This document shows, one piece after another, positions 12,221 to 26,485 of a DNA stretch of 49,445 nucleotides; position 1 is the stretch's first letter; each line of letters starts with the position of its first letter. Both the position numbers and the translations under genes were made by a program. The stretch lies in assembly GCF_001194135.2 (NCBI RefSeq), contig NC_068987.1, positions 57,268,444 through 57,317,888 on the forward strand, written 5' to 3'. The stretch is from Octopus bimaculoides. Its lineage: Eukaryota. The notes beneath the pieces are model-generated. The model worked only from the letters and a program-made list of their open reading frames with translations. It was not told where the DNA came from and did no database searches.

Positions 12221-12409
12221 TGTAAAAAAAATCATCGTGCGGAACATCAAAAACATATAGTAACCATGGCGATATCCTTGAGAGTGTAACTGAAAAATCC
12301 CTGGAGAAGAAAGTACTAGTAAAAGACCTGATTACCGGATACTAAAATTGAAGCTAAAACTGGGGTTACAGAATACCATGATAGAGTGTTGGCATGAAAA
12401 ACTCCTACA

Positions 12410-13584
<1,175 letters not shown>

Positions 13585-14552
13585 NNNNNNNNNNNNNNNN
13601 NNNNNNNNNNNNNNNNNNNNNNNNNNNNNNNNNNNNNNNNNNNNNNNNNNNNNNNNNNNNNNNNNNNNNNNNNNNNNNNNNNNNNNNNNNNNNNNNNNNN
13701 NNNNNNNNNNNNNNNNNNNNNNNNNNNNNNNNNNNNNNNNNNNNNNNNNNNNNNNNNNNNNNNNNNNNNNNNNNNNNNNNNNNNNNNNNNNNNNNNNNNN
13801 NNNNNNNNNNNNNNNNNNNNNNNNNNNNNNNNNNNNNNNNNNNNNNNNNNNNNNNNNNNNNNNNNNNNNNNNNNNNNNNNNNNNNNNNNNNNNNNNNNNN
13901 NNNNNNNNNNNNNNNNNNNNNNNNNNNNNNNNNNNNNNNNNNNNNNNNNNNNNNNNNNNNNNNNNNNNNNNNNNNNNNNNNNNNNNNNNNNNNNNNNNNN
14001 NNNNNNNNNNNNNNNNNNNNNNNNNNNNNNNNNNNNNNNNNNNNNNNNNNNNNNNNNNNNNNNNNNNNNNNNNNNNNNNNNNNNNNNNNNNNNNNNNNNN
14101 NNNNNNNNNNNNNNNNNNNNNNNNNNNNNNNNNNNNNNNNNNNNNNNNNNNNNNNNNNNNNNNNNNNNNNNNNNNNNNNNNNNNNNNNNNNNNNNNNNNN
14201 NNNNNNNNNNNNNNNNNNNNNNNNNNNNNNNNNNNNNNNNNNNNNNNNNNNNNNNNNNNNNNNNNNNNNNNNNNNNNNNNNNNNNNNNNNNNNNNNNNNN
14301 NNNNNNNNNNNNNNNNNNNNNNNNNNNNNNNNNNNNNNNNNNNNNNNNNNNNNNNNNNNNNNNNNNNNNNNNNNNNNNNNNNNNNNNNNNNNNNNNNNNN
14401 NNNNNNNNNNNNNNNNNNNNNNNNNNNNNNNNNNNNNNNNNNNNNNNNNNNNNNNNNNNNNNNNNNNNNNNNNNNNNNNNNNNNNNNNNNNNNNNNNNNN
14501 NNNNNNNNNNNNNNNNNNNNNNNNNNNNNNNNNNNNNNNNNNNNNNNNNNNN

Positions 14553-14875
14553 TTCCCTGGGAATGACAGCGAAACGGGCTGATTACTACCTAGCTCAGAT
14601 ACCAGGAAACCCCAAAATGGCTGAAGTCCAAAAGATAGTGCTCATGGGAACTGCCCATATCCTACGTAAAATACTGTCTATGTGATCTCAAATTTTAAAG
14701 CAAACATAATTTTCTTATGGTTTCTTAAACATTCACTTGAACAAAACTGTACAAATCCAAATATATGGTACCCTAGGCATAACACCTACATGAACTTCTA
14801 ACTTGTTGTCTCTTGAGGTCTCTGGGTGAGACTTGGATCCAACTTGTACAAATGCAAAACAAAAGTCAAACATAA
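14553..14875 (+). mobile_element. E3: 3' end of an R4/Dong-like element (5' part lies in the gap)
   Basis: SLGMTAKRADYYLAQIPGNPKMAEVQKIVLMGTAHILRKILSM* (stop 14683-14685) is homologous to the E4 C-terminus. The 3' UTR ends in degenerate (TAA)n at about 14876-14940. Confidence 0.85.
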
Positions 14876-14949
14876 AATAATAATAATAATAACAATAATA
14901 ATAATATTGATAATAATATTGATGCAAATAATGATAATAATATGGGTGC

Positions 14950-17108
14950 AAATAAGGATTATGATATGGATGCAAAGACGAACTCCTAATCAATCGGATG
15001 ATCCTTGAGAACTGTCATAACAAACGCAGAAATCTCAGTTCTACATGGATTAATTATAAAAAGGCCTTCGACAGCATACCGCATTGATGGATCTTGAAAT
15101 CACTTGATATCTTCAAAATTTCTTCTGTGATTTCAAACTTCCTGAAGCACATGTCAATGTGGAATGCGAATTTCCAATTATATCACTCAAATTGAGTACT
15201 GACAACAAAAGATATTAATATCAACTGCGGCATTTTTGAAGGTGACTCACTTTCACCTTTATTTTTCTGCATAGCCCTCATACCCCTTACAAGTGAACTT
15301 CACATGAACAAGGTATGGATGTAAAATCGGTGACATGAAAATAAGTCATCTATTTTATGTGGATGACTTAAAACTCTATGATTTTAAGACGATCATGAGC
15401 TTGAAGGACTACTACGTACTGTGAAAGCATTCAGTGATGACATCGGGATGGAATTTGGTCTTGATAAATATGCAAATGTGCCAAAGTCACTTTCCAGAAA
15501 GGAAAATTGAAGACCTCACATTCAGTGGTATTGGGTGTTGATACAGTCATAAAAGAACTCAAGCAGGAACAATCTTACAAATACATCGGAATAAAGGAGG
15601 GCTCTGGCATTCAGCATGCAAGTATGAAAGAGAAGATCAGGAAAGAGTGTTAAGGAGAGTTCGAAATTCCAGATGTTAGCTATAAATTCCTTAGCATTTA
15701 CGGTTGTTATTTACAGTTTCAATGCGTTGAATTGGAATATGAGCGAAATAAGGAAGATTGATAGGAAAATCTGTAAGCTGCTGACATGCAATAAGATGCA
15801 CCACCCAAAGGCAGACGCAGAAGTCTTTACCAACCCAGACCTCATGGAGGTCGAGGCTTGAAATCCAATTTGAAATCTTCTACAAAACCACTACAATTGG
15901 ACTGGCAAAACATCCTGAAACATCTAACGACTAGATGCAAAAGCTCGTTGAAAACCATGAAAGACGTAAGAAGCTTCATTCTGTTATGAAGGAGAGCAAA
16001 ACATTTTCAAGAGAGTTTATGCATAATACCCAAGTTGAACAACATGATGGAAGTGCAGCAACTGTAGTTGCAAAGAAAGTGAAATCAATTGCAAAGCAAA
16101 ATGCGTTTGAATAATTGGCTGATAGGTGGGAACAAAAACCTCTGCATGGCAAATATGTGGCCCGTAGCAAACAAGCTGATGTAGACCAGAAGCACATCCA
16201 TCAGTGGCTACGGAGCTCTGGGCTGAAAGCAGGGAGTGAAGGCTTTATCTTGGCTGCTCAGGACCAGCGCTTATTGACCCGGAACTATCAAGACAATGCA
16301 ATGAAAAATGCTCTAGACCCAAAGTGCCGATAGTGCAACGATAGGATAGAAACAGTGGACCACCTAATCTCTTGAAGTAAGATTTTAGTACTTGTAGAGT
16401 ACAAATCAGGACATGACAGAGTTGGCCAGTATCTATATTGGATAATGTGTCGGCATTATAAAATCAAAACTGCTGACAAATGGTACAAGCACCAGCCGAG
16501 GCTGTAACTGAGGGAGAAAATGTAACTATTCTTTGGTACTTCCCAGTATATACAGACCGGACTATCAAAGCAAATAAACTAGATATTGATGTGAAAGACA
16601 ATAAAGTCTGTTTATTGATTGACATGAGCATAACCTGTGACTATGATATCTGGGCAAAAGAATTCGATACACACAGAAAATATAAAGATTTGCTAATCGA
16701 AATCGAAAAGATGTGGCGTCTCAAGACGGTTACAATACCAGTGATTGTAGGAGCATTTGGAATGATCAAAAAAGGAACTGAAAATTATTTAAGAATGATC
16801 CCTGGCTTACCATCCATGCAGGAAGTGCAAAAGATTGTCTTAACTGGTACGTCACACGTGTTGAGAAGGGCATTGTCGCTGTGAATTTTCTTTCCTTTTC
16901 TCCACTTATTTGTTTACTCTTTTATTTTTTATTTTCTCCTTTTTCTCTCTATCTTCCTCTTTTTCGCTGTCACATAACTTTGTAAATGAACAATCTGGTG
17001 TGTTTATTTTAATGACCTACCAATGTATACAATACGTTTGTCTGCCCTAGGTGTCAGGAAGGCACTTGGCAAGAAATGTAAACGAAATTGAAAGAAGTTG
17101 CTAATGAA

Positions 17109-17109
<1 letters not shown>
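14950..17109 (+). mobile_element. E4: 5'-truncated R4/Dong-like retrotransposon pseudogene (RT, CCHC and restriction-like endonuclease domains)
   Basis: RT motifs: YGCKDELLINRMILENC, NYKKAFDSIPH, GIFEGDSLSPLFFCIAL, HLFYVDDLKLY (YVDD at 15356-15367). Further remnants: LHGKY, SEGFILAAQDQ, CR*CNDRIETVDHLIS (16324-16375). RLE domain: ILWYFPVYTDRTIKANKLDI..LIDMSITCD..KYKDL..IPVIVGAFG..TSHVLRRALSL* (stop at 16884). Several stops and frameshifts are present. Confidence 0.92.

Positions 17110-17183
<74 letters not shown>
17110..17183. repeat. (TAA)n tract between E4 and E5
   Basis: Directly visible. Confidence 0.98.
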
Positions 17184-17184
<1 letters not shown>

Positions 17185-17185
<1 letters not shown>

Positions 17186-18770
17186 ATATCAAATTTTATT
17201 AGGAGATCAATGAAGAACTGGGATACAGAGGAAAATTTTTGGCGAGGGTTAACATCAAGAGAGATATATTTTAAGAGAGATAGCCTATCAATATTACTGT
17301 TTGTGATTGTATGATACCCCTTACATAGATACAACTGAAAGTGACATCGGTATTCACATGAAAAGTGGAGGAAAATTAAATCATCTGTTATATATGGATG
17401 ACTTAAAGATCTTTGGGAAGACTGAACGTGAAATAAATGGCCTAGTTTCAACAATGCAGATATGCAATGAGGATATCGGAATGGAATTTGGGACTAAAAA
17501 GTGCAGTATGCTTATAATATAAAGAGGCAAAGTAGTGTCGTCTGATGGTGTAGAACTACTCAACGGCGAGATAATCAAGGATATCGAGACTGATGGATAT
17601 AAGAATCTGGGTATTCTGGAGTATGACAAAATCAAGGAAAGATTTAGGCGAGAATATCCCAGAAGAACTAAATTAATTATGGGAAGTAGGCTTAATGGAA
17701 AAAAAAAACAAGATCAGCGCAATGAACACATGGGCTGTTTCCTTAATGCCATGCAGTTAGGTGGACAGAGAACGAGATTGAGAATATAGGCAGGAAAACC
17801 AGTAAAGTGATGACAATTAAACAAGAAACTACACCCTAAAAGCGATACTGACCGGATGTATGTGCCTAGGAATAAAGGGAGAAGTGGTTTCATAGGATGC
17901 AAAATGTTGTGTTGTCAACAAGAAGCACAATCTGGGATGGTACATCAAACAGCAGAGTGAGTCCTTACTTGCCACTGTTAGAATTAACAATACAATTTCT
18001 ACCGAAAATGTGATGCACCCACAAACATTTAAGAAACAATGTGAAGTAGAAAGAACAAACAATTGAAAAATGTAATCACTTCATGGGAAATACCTCAGAT
18101 AAATCGAAGGAAAAGACAAGACAAACACTTGGAGATGGCTAAGAAAAAGTGATCTGAAAGGATGCACTGAGGTATTGATATGATGCAGCGCCCAGGAATA
18201 AGTTCTGAGAATTAATTACACCAAGTTCCAGATAAATAAGAGCAGCAAATCAACGCCCTTTGTAGGATGTGTGGAAGCAAAAATGAAACAATCTTACATA
18301 CTGTGAATGCAGCAAGCTTGTCCAAAAGCACTACAAAAGGAGGTACGATAACGTGGCTAAGTTTGTTCACTGGGGCTATGTAAAAAGTATGGCTTGGGTA
18401 GAGCACGGAAATGGTACAAATATGAACCAGAAGGAGTCACCGAAAATGTAAGATACTGTAGAATTTTACATCCCAATGTGACTCCCTAATCGATGCTCGG
18501 AGCACTAACAACCAAGTTCGAGAAAAATGTCAGAAAAATCGGAATTGACATGAGAGCAGGACAAACTAAAAAAAATAACTGCTCTACTGGGAACGGCCAT
18601 GATTTTGAGATTGGTACTTGGATGTTGAATGTCTTCCAAGATAATTAATAACCAAGTATCAAAACTTATAATGTGCGGAAAGAGACTCTGTGAGACCTCT
18701 GACAACAAGCCGCTGTCTGTTCTCTCAGAATCAACCAGAGCAAACAGGAGCAAGCGCTCTGAGAAGTAAA
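17185..18770 (+). mobile_element. E5: 5'-truncated, internally deleted R4/Dong-like retrotransposon pseudogene
   Basis: Remnants include LNHLLYMDDLKIFGK (YMDD at 17391-17402), DIGMEFGTKKC, YKNLGILE, HPKSDTDRMYVPR, LHGKY, CRMCGSKNETILH and RRYDNVAKFVHW. The RLE core is mostly deleted near 18500. TALLGTAMILRLVLGC* ends near 18624, and the UTR ends in (TAA)n at about 18769-18790. Confidence 0.88.
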
Positions 18771-18939
18771 ATAATAATAATAATAACAACAGAAAGTGTC
18801 CCGTGAGACCTCTAACAGCAGGCTGCTGTCCGCTCTAAATGAATCTACTTAAACAAACCAGACCGAGCGTCCTGAGAAATAAAGCAATGATAATGATAAT
18901 AATAACAACACCAATAATGACAATAATAAACCCTTCTTC

Positions 18940-19600
18940 TATTAGCACAAGGCCTGAAATTTGGGAGAAAGAGGCATGTCGATTACATCGACTCTTGTGC
19001 TTAACTAATACTTATTCTATCGACTCCGAAAGGATGAAATGCAAAGTCAATCGCAGCGGAATTTGAACTCAAAACGTATAAAAGCCGTAAGAAATACAGT
19101 CAATCATTTGTCAAGTGTGCTAACGATTCTGCCAGCTCGCCATCATAATGATGATGAAAATGATAATAATAATGATTCTTTCTACTAAAGGTACAAAGCC
19201 TGAAATTTTGGGGGAGGTGACTAGTCAATTACATCGACCCCTGTACTCAACTAGTAGTTATTTTATCGACCCCGAAAGAATAAATGGTAAAGTCGACCTT
19301 GGAGGAGTTTGAACTCAGAACGTAAAGACGGACGAAATGCTGCTAAGCATTTTTCCTGGCGTGCTAACTATTCTGCTAGTTTGCCACCTTTAGATGGTTT
19401 CTGATGAAGGCTCAAAACCGCTAATTTTAAGGGAAGGGCTAGCTAATGTCACCGACTGGTACTTTAATTTATCAATCATTGAGGGATGAACGGTAAAATT
19501 AACCTTGGCAGGATTAGAACCCAGACCGTAAAGAGTCGAAAGAAATACTGCAAGGTATTTAATCCGATCCTAGCGATTGTACCAACCCGCTGCCAATAAT
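18940..19600 (-). mobile_element. Three tandem SINE family A copies (about 18940-19145, 19175-19395, 19430-19600)
   Basis: Each is the reverse complement of the family A head and body (gaatttgaactcagaacg...gtgctaacgattctgccagctcgc). The first two are separated by short (ATG/TAA)n. Confidence 0.8.
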
Positions 19601-20695
19601 TCTTAACATTGGCATATAGGAAGATATTTTGGTGTGCCGTACAGTCGAATCCGTTCTCGTATATGATTGGTATATATTTTAAAGGCCGCGACAAAGATGA
19701 TCGAAAAAGTTTGTCTTTGTTAGATTTGATCAATAAATGTATCCAAATAGTGAATGTTATTCAGAAGTGGTTTCTTTATCACAGTACCCACTGATCTACT
19801 AAAAGGAATTGGTACAACCAGAGAAACCTTTAAATCGATACTGTTTTCTTTACTCCTAAAGTGAGAATAATTTGGAAGAAAGTGTAAAAAAAAGTAATTG
19901 GTTACTGCTTAACAAAAAACCAACAAAAAAACCAACAAAAAACAAACAAAACAAATTAAAGAATGCAAAGCCAATCCATAAAATCAAAGCCGCGATCAGG
20001 TCCTTGATGTTTAAAAGGATAGTAAGAAACAAATGCTAAATATATGTATTTTTTTAAGTAGCCTTTTCTTTCGTAAACTTTTGTTAGCTTTCTTCGTTCA
20101 AATGAATATAGAAATATCAATAGGGTGAGTTTTATATACCATTAAGACAGTAGAGAATTTGCAGTAAACATGAGACTTAAAAAAGCTAATTTCTTGTTTT
20201 AATTGTAGTCAGTTATCTCTTATTGTAATACCAGTGCAAGTTTCCCTGTTAAAATTGCGTGATTTTGCGTGAATGTATTGTTTNNNNNNNNNNNNNNNNN
20301 NNNNNNNNNNNNNNNNNNNNNNNNNNNNNNNNNNNNNNNNNNNNNNNNNNNNNNNNNNNNNNNNNNNNNNNNNNNNNNNNNNNNNNNNNNNNNNNNNNNN
20401 NNNNNNNNNNNNNNNNAAGAAATTTGATTTTTGAAGGATATTTCAGCTTTCTATGGCCAAGATTCTAATACAAATGGATGATTTCCATCAATATTCAGAT
20501 AATGTTACCATATTTGTAAAAAAAAAAAAAGAACACAAAAAAAAAACAACTTCTCTGAGTGTAGAAAATATGTATCAATCGACTATCTGATAGATTCAGC
20601 CATCTGGAAATAAGTTAGACAAACGCTTACTTCCAAAATAACCTGAATATTCAGACTATTATTTTACAGCTTAATTAGAGGAGGAGAGGCGGTTT

Positions 20696-22302
20696 TTACA
20701 ACATTTTGCTGAGTTCCGAAAGTTATGGGGATTGGAAATGAAGAAATTACGGCTCATGAAATGGGAATAGGAAGCGGTACCAAAATTTCGGCTTATCGGA
20801 AATCCGTTCTCATTGTGAGCCAGGTGGAGACGTTATATAACATATTCTGTTTATCAGTTAACAATGAAGTCTCAGTTCCAACCAACAAAATATCGATTTA
20901 TTATCCCCAGATTCGAGATCTGTACTCATTGCAAGCCAAGCGGTGAAGTTTAAAAAATAGACTAAGAAAGGAGACAGTTCCATTCAGCAGCTCGTGCAAT
21001 TTCCGTCAATTAAACTCCAATCCGAAATATTGAGTAAACTCAAAGACTTTTGCCGTGCTGCAAGATCGATCCAGGAAGCAAACGTCTTAACTCTACGGTT
21101 ATAAAACAATATATCAAATTGCGGTTTAGTGATCTATTCAAATTAGTGATATATTTACATTACAAACACCCTAAATTCGATTTGATTGTAACTTGGAGAC
21201 TTAACTAAAACTTTCAGTTTCACTACAGGCACTAGATTTCACAATCTCGGATCGGCTTTTATAGCGATCTCACATATATAATATTGCCAAGATTGAATTT
21301 CTCTAAAACGTTGCCGTTTCAGAATCAAACCATGACACCAGATAATTTCTGATTTTCTCTAACACTCAAATGTACCCCATATTGGAATACTAGTTACACA
21401 TCTGAAGCACTGTTACGGCTACACAAAAGCAAAATGTCTTAGACTACGTAAAAATAAAATTTTTCCATTCATTGGCCTAAGACTCACTGATCAACAAGCT
21501 TAAGCCTTCTCAGTTATCTTTGCAGCTACTTTTTCTAACACAATCACTTTTGCTCCTTTGAGTAGCAAATTGTATATCATATCCAGCAAAGATTATATGG
21601 TAAATTTGTCTTCCTTCTTCATCATCATCACCACCACCACCACCGCCTCCATCACCACCACCACCACCGCCTCCATCACCACCACCACCACCAACACCAC
21701 CATCATAATCGTCATCAACATTGTCATTATAATCGCCTTCATTATCGCCATCGTCATCCTTATCATCCCTAATGTGCCTGCTCCACACCGATTATCCATA
21801 ATTACAGTCTTAACACAATCGTTAAAAAACAGAGTTGGAACATCAACAACATCGATTTCCCCCGGTCAGGAAGAGTATGTGTACATCGTTTGTACTCTTT
21901 ACCTTTTCTGCCTGAACTGAATAAGTGTAGATAAATGAAATAACCCTGAGCTCAGTTTCGTCTTTCTAGTGGATTATCAGAAGAAATTGCATTTTATATT
22001 AAAATGCAAATAATTGAGAAACTCAAGCAGCAAAATTTCGATTTTGATATCATAACAAAACAAACGTGAGGTGTTGCAGACCCTTGATTTTGTAATCACT
22101 TGCTCTCTAGGAAGATATTCTTTAGTATCTTAGAAGCCACGTAGAAAGCAATGTGTGTATAACATCCCCTACTGGCTCACAATGAGAACGAATTTCCGAC
22201 TAGCCGATATTTTGGTGCCGCTTCGCATTCTCATTTCATGAGCTGTAATTTCTTCATTTCCCATCCCCATAACTTTCGGAACTCCTGCAAAATATTTGTT
22301 AA
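20696..22302. repeat. Pair of ~140-bp inverted repeats about 1.3 kb apart (possible old TIR element)
   Basis: 20704-20840 (attttgctgagttccgaaagttatggggattggaaatgaagaaattac...ctcattgtgagccag) aligns by eye at roughly 80% to the reverse complement of about 22157-22295. No TSD was found. Confidence 0.75.
21620..21765. repeat. (CAC/CAT)n trinucleotide repeat
   Basis: Directly visible. It explains the G/D-rich and T/I-rich ORFs at 21510-21920. Confidence 0.95.
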
Positions 22303-22374
22303 TGGATTCTTTTCAATGTTTTTCTTTTGTATGTCATTAAATACTAATTTATGCTAATATACGATATTACTAGG

Positions 22375-22535
22375 GCGGTGAGATGGCAGAATCGTTAGTT
22401 CCACCGAGGTCGACTTTGTCTTTCATCATTTCGGGGTCGATAAAATAAGTACCAGTTGATCACTGTGGTTGATGTAATTGACTTATCCATTGCCCCGAAA
22501 TTGCTGGCCTTGTGCTAAAATTTGAGACCAATATA
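22375..22535 (+). mobile_element. SINE family A copy with internal deletion
   Basis: gggcggtgagatggcagaatcgttag joins directly to ccgaggtcgactttg...cggggtcgataaaataagtaccag. Confidence 0.8.
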
Positions 22536-23441
22536 TAATAGTACTGCTCTGTCTGCAAGCTATTTATAAGGAAATGATTACTTTTGTCTCGATGTTCCAT
22601 TTATTAGTTTTCTTTACAGAATATCTTTAAGGCATTTTATTCGTAAAAACAAAACAAAAAGCCCCACCCACCAAAAGCAGTGAAAAAGCAGTACTTAAAT
22701 TTAACAAGTTACCACTCTGTATTCCGAATGGTTAAATTACATAGAAAAACACTTGAATCATTCATTATATAACTGTCAGCTTATACACGACGCAGAATAT
22801 TCTCAAATTTTAGAAATTTTCGGAGTAACTTACATTTTGCATCTACATTATCGGTGCGTACATTGATGATTTTTGGAAAATAAAAAAATTTTTTTTATAT
22901 AAAGGAAATGGTTTGGGCAAGAAACGAATACATACAAATGAAAGCGCATGAAGTAAAATGTGAATGACAAAACAATGTTATTTGCACATCTAAAGTTTCT
23001 CAAACGGTTATTTTAAAAGTCGTTGTCAAACAACTCCAATAATCACGTATATATATATTGGTTTATCGCTTGCAGTTTGGACCAACATCGAGTGTTAAAT
23101 TCCCTTTAAATCCAGATAATTTTCTTCTTAACAGAACGATGTTTCTGTTTTATTTGCGTTAATGGAACGAATGATTCAATTAGAGTGAAAACTTGACGCA
23201 AACACCGCTAATATATTGTCAATGTAAGCAGTTATTGAGTAACAATATGATTGCATACATCAACCTGGAGGAAATATACGCCGATGAGGAGTGAAAATGC
23301 AGCAACGACGTGATACATTATATAGGGCTACAGAAATAGTGTAACCACTTGAATAAATCGTGTATTTTACTGGTATGATGACGGAAGAATGCTAGACAAA
23401 ATAAGAGAAAGACAGGAAGGTAATAATATAATTTTCCCCGT

Positions 23442-23873
23442 GAAGACGGCGAACTGGCAGAAACGTTAGCGTGCCGGGCGAAATGCTTAGCGGTATTTCG
23501 TCTGCCGCTACGTTCTGAGTTCAAATTCCGCCGAGGTCGACTTTGCCTTTCATCCTTTCGGGGTCGATAAATTAAGTACCAGTTACGCACTGGGGTCGAT
23601 GTAATCGATTTAATCCGTTTGTCTGTTCTTGTTTGTCCCCTCTATGTTTAGCCCCTTGTGGGCAATAAAGAAATAAGAAACGATAGCGCGCCGGGCGAAA
23701 TGCTTAGCGGTATTTCGTCTGTCTTTACGTTCTGAGTTTAAATTCCGCCGGGGTCGAATTTGCCTTTCATCCTTTCGGGGTCGATAAATTAAGTACTAGT
23801 TGCGTACTGAGGTTGATCTAATCGACTAGCTTCCTCCCCCAAAATTTCGGGCCTTCTGCCTAGAGTAGAAAAG
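23442..23873 (+). mobile_element. Dimeric SINE family A insertion with a 17-bp TSD
   Basis: Two tandem monomers (about 23442-23674 and 23675-23873) are flanked by the exact direct repeat AATATAATTTTCCCCGT (23425-23441 and 23874-23890). Confidence 0.92.
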
Positions 23874-24999
23874 AATATAATTTTCCCCGTTTATAAATCT
23901 AAAATCTTTGCACCATTGGTAAAGTTTAATGCAATAAGAAGGACCAATGCTTTCTTTGATGTATTTATTGGGAGAATAAGTTCCTTTGTTATGGATTGCT
24001 TCAAATACTTTAGTTTTTAACGCACAGAGGTAGTGGATGAGTATAATACCAAACTAAATGCATTATATTTAGTTTCTGTTCTACTGTCACCGAATTCAAG
24101 TTCGATCGGAACTGATTTTTGTCTTTCATTTCACCGGTGTCGATATAAAGGATTAACAATAATATATTAGAGTTGTTTTAACCTACTGTACTCGCACGTA
24201 AGTTCAGTATAACAGAATGTTTTAGAAATTCGTTTCGTATCTACGAAGTACTGTGCTCGACCCTATTGCAATGGTAACGTAGGGCAAATGTTTTTGAAAA
24301 CTTCGACTCCACTTAAACCCTGTGAGGAAAATTAGGTAAGCGGAGACTGGAAGGAAGCACGTCGAGTAGATTGTTCTTGTGATTCAAAAGTTACTGTCTT
24401 GTCACACACTGTGTCACGCTGATTCTCCTTGAGAATTACGCTACGGGTTCACGAGTCTGTGGAATAATCACCCACATGACGCTCATTCAGGAGCAGGTAA
24501 TTCAGCTGACTTAACAACTGAATCCTTATCGTCGAAGGACAGAGATTCACTACTATCATGCACATCAACAAAGAAATTATCCCTATTTTTAATGAGAAAC
24601 TAAGAAAATATCATACTGTATCTTTTACTAGGCAGAAAAGTCCTATATTTTTTTTGAGGAAGGAGATTTAGAAATAGATATGTTAGCGCTTTCCTTAAGC
24701 ATGAGATGGTTTTGGTCGTGAATGGAAACTACGTTGTATTCTAAATTTACTGGAGTTTCTCTTACATTTTATGATGTTCATCGCTTAATTTAATGATTTC
24801 TAACTTTTATACATTGTAAAACCTTGTGAGTTGAGTGAACTCATTAACACTATCATTTCACTGGTCTCTATGTTACTGACGTTCACAAGGATGAAAGGCA
24901 AGTCGACAGAACCAAGATTTAATGATATTTTGGTTAATGCTCCACCGACAAAAACAGAAAGAAGAATGTATTAATTTAGGTATTTAAGCACAAACCGAA

Positions 25000-26190
25000 G
25001 GTGGAATATGTCGATTATATCGCTTCTAGTAGTTGACTGATAACTATTTTATCACCAAAGAGGATATAAGTAACTGTGTACAGGTGTATAGCAATATGTT
25101 GTACGATTAGAAGGATGGCTATAGCTCAGATCCGTGAAGCCGCACTTACAGAAAAGGTGAATGTTTTCTGGGAGATATATAAAGGTATAGATAAGAATCG
25201 AAGTACGTGTCGCAATCGGAAGAATAGGCAGGGGTATATAATGAGAGATACAGTTATAAGGATACATAAGCATGAATAAGCCAAGTCAAATAGAACACTC
25301 ATAGATACAATAATGGATGTATTGTATTATTTGGTAAAGAAAGTACGGAGGGCATAAATAGGGATGGCAATTTTGCGGATTGGTACAGACATACAAGAGC
25401 ACAATGGGTTTGCACAATATCTGTATGAGTAATTGGAAGTGGAAAAGGATGTCGTTATTGGGAAAACATGGTTATATGTACTTTAGTTACTGGGGTTTGT
25501 TGAGTAGAGTTGGTATTTTGAATGTATTTCTTGCAGTGGTCGGGAAGGAGTGGGTTGTAGGTATGTTTTAGCGTTAGCAGTGAGAGTGTTTTAAGTTTTT
25601 TTTCTATGAAAGAGGAGTTTCTGTGCTTGTAAAATGAAAATAGTTTGGCTTCTGAGTTTGGGATATGGGTGTTGAAGACGATTATTCTTTTCTTGGAGAT
25701 GCAAAGAAGGATCTGAATTTATATGTTAAGTTGTACGACCTTGTCCTATCAGAGATACTTCAGGTGATGGAGTGTGAAACGCTTGAGACTTTGTAGGGTA
25801 CAGCTGTTGCCGGAAAGCATACAGAGCAAATTTCCGAATAAGGGTAAGATTTAGGTAATGCAGAATCTGAAGGCGTTTGAGGTTAGGCCAGTGAAGTCTC
25901 TGTTTGAAGAGTCTATGGTAACCTTAAAGGAGAAATTATTAATTTTATGCGAGTGTTTATATTTTAAGGGTAGCTTTTTGGGTTTTCTACTAGCAAGATT
26001 TAATGCTCGGGTTAGTGCAGAGTGTACCAAACATTTTGGGTTAATGGTCAAGAGAGTTTGAACGAAGTATGGAGTTGTTGAGCAAGTTAGCGTTAAGATA
26101 GAGTGATATTTGCGTGAGGAGTATGTTTACTAATCTAAGGAGGTGCTTGCAATTACTTGGAGGTTGAATGGGAGCTTGTGACAAGATCTA
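25000..26190 (-). mobile_element. Highly decayed Penelope-like element fragment
   Basis: Weak peptide echoes only: HSALTRALNL, and IGQ in a GIY-YIG-like context near 25750. Strand-skewed composition. No intact motif. Confidence 0.35.
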
Positions 26191-26332
26191 TGTTATATAT
26201 ACACAAATATATAAACACACATGCACACATAAATATTTGAAAAACGCTTTATTAAATTAAAAGTTATTAACTACATAAATGTTTTTAAAAAAGATTAACA
26301 CAGCCTCCATCTCTCCCCCTCTCTCTCACTCG

Positions 26333-26482
<150 letters not shown>

Positions 26483-26485
26483 ACA

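Noticed and set aside
10878-12289. THTH, CVCV and YIHT ORFs (also at 26279-26628, 36675-36981, 38859-39177, 48465-48802)
   Set aside because: They are translations of (CA)n, (TA)n and (TACA)n microsatellites.
21510-21920. Gly/Asp-rich and Thr/Ile-rich ORFs
   Set aside because: They derive from a trinucleotide repeat.
25395-25425. YCANPL on the minus strand as the LGR TM7 motif (NSCANPFLY)
   Set aside because: It lies upstream of the TM3 exon in transcript order, its context is not hydrophobic, and it sits in a repeat relic.
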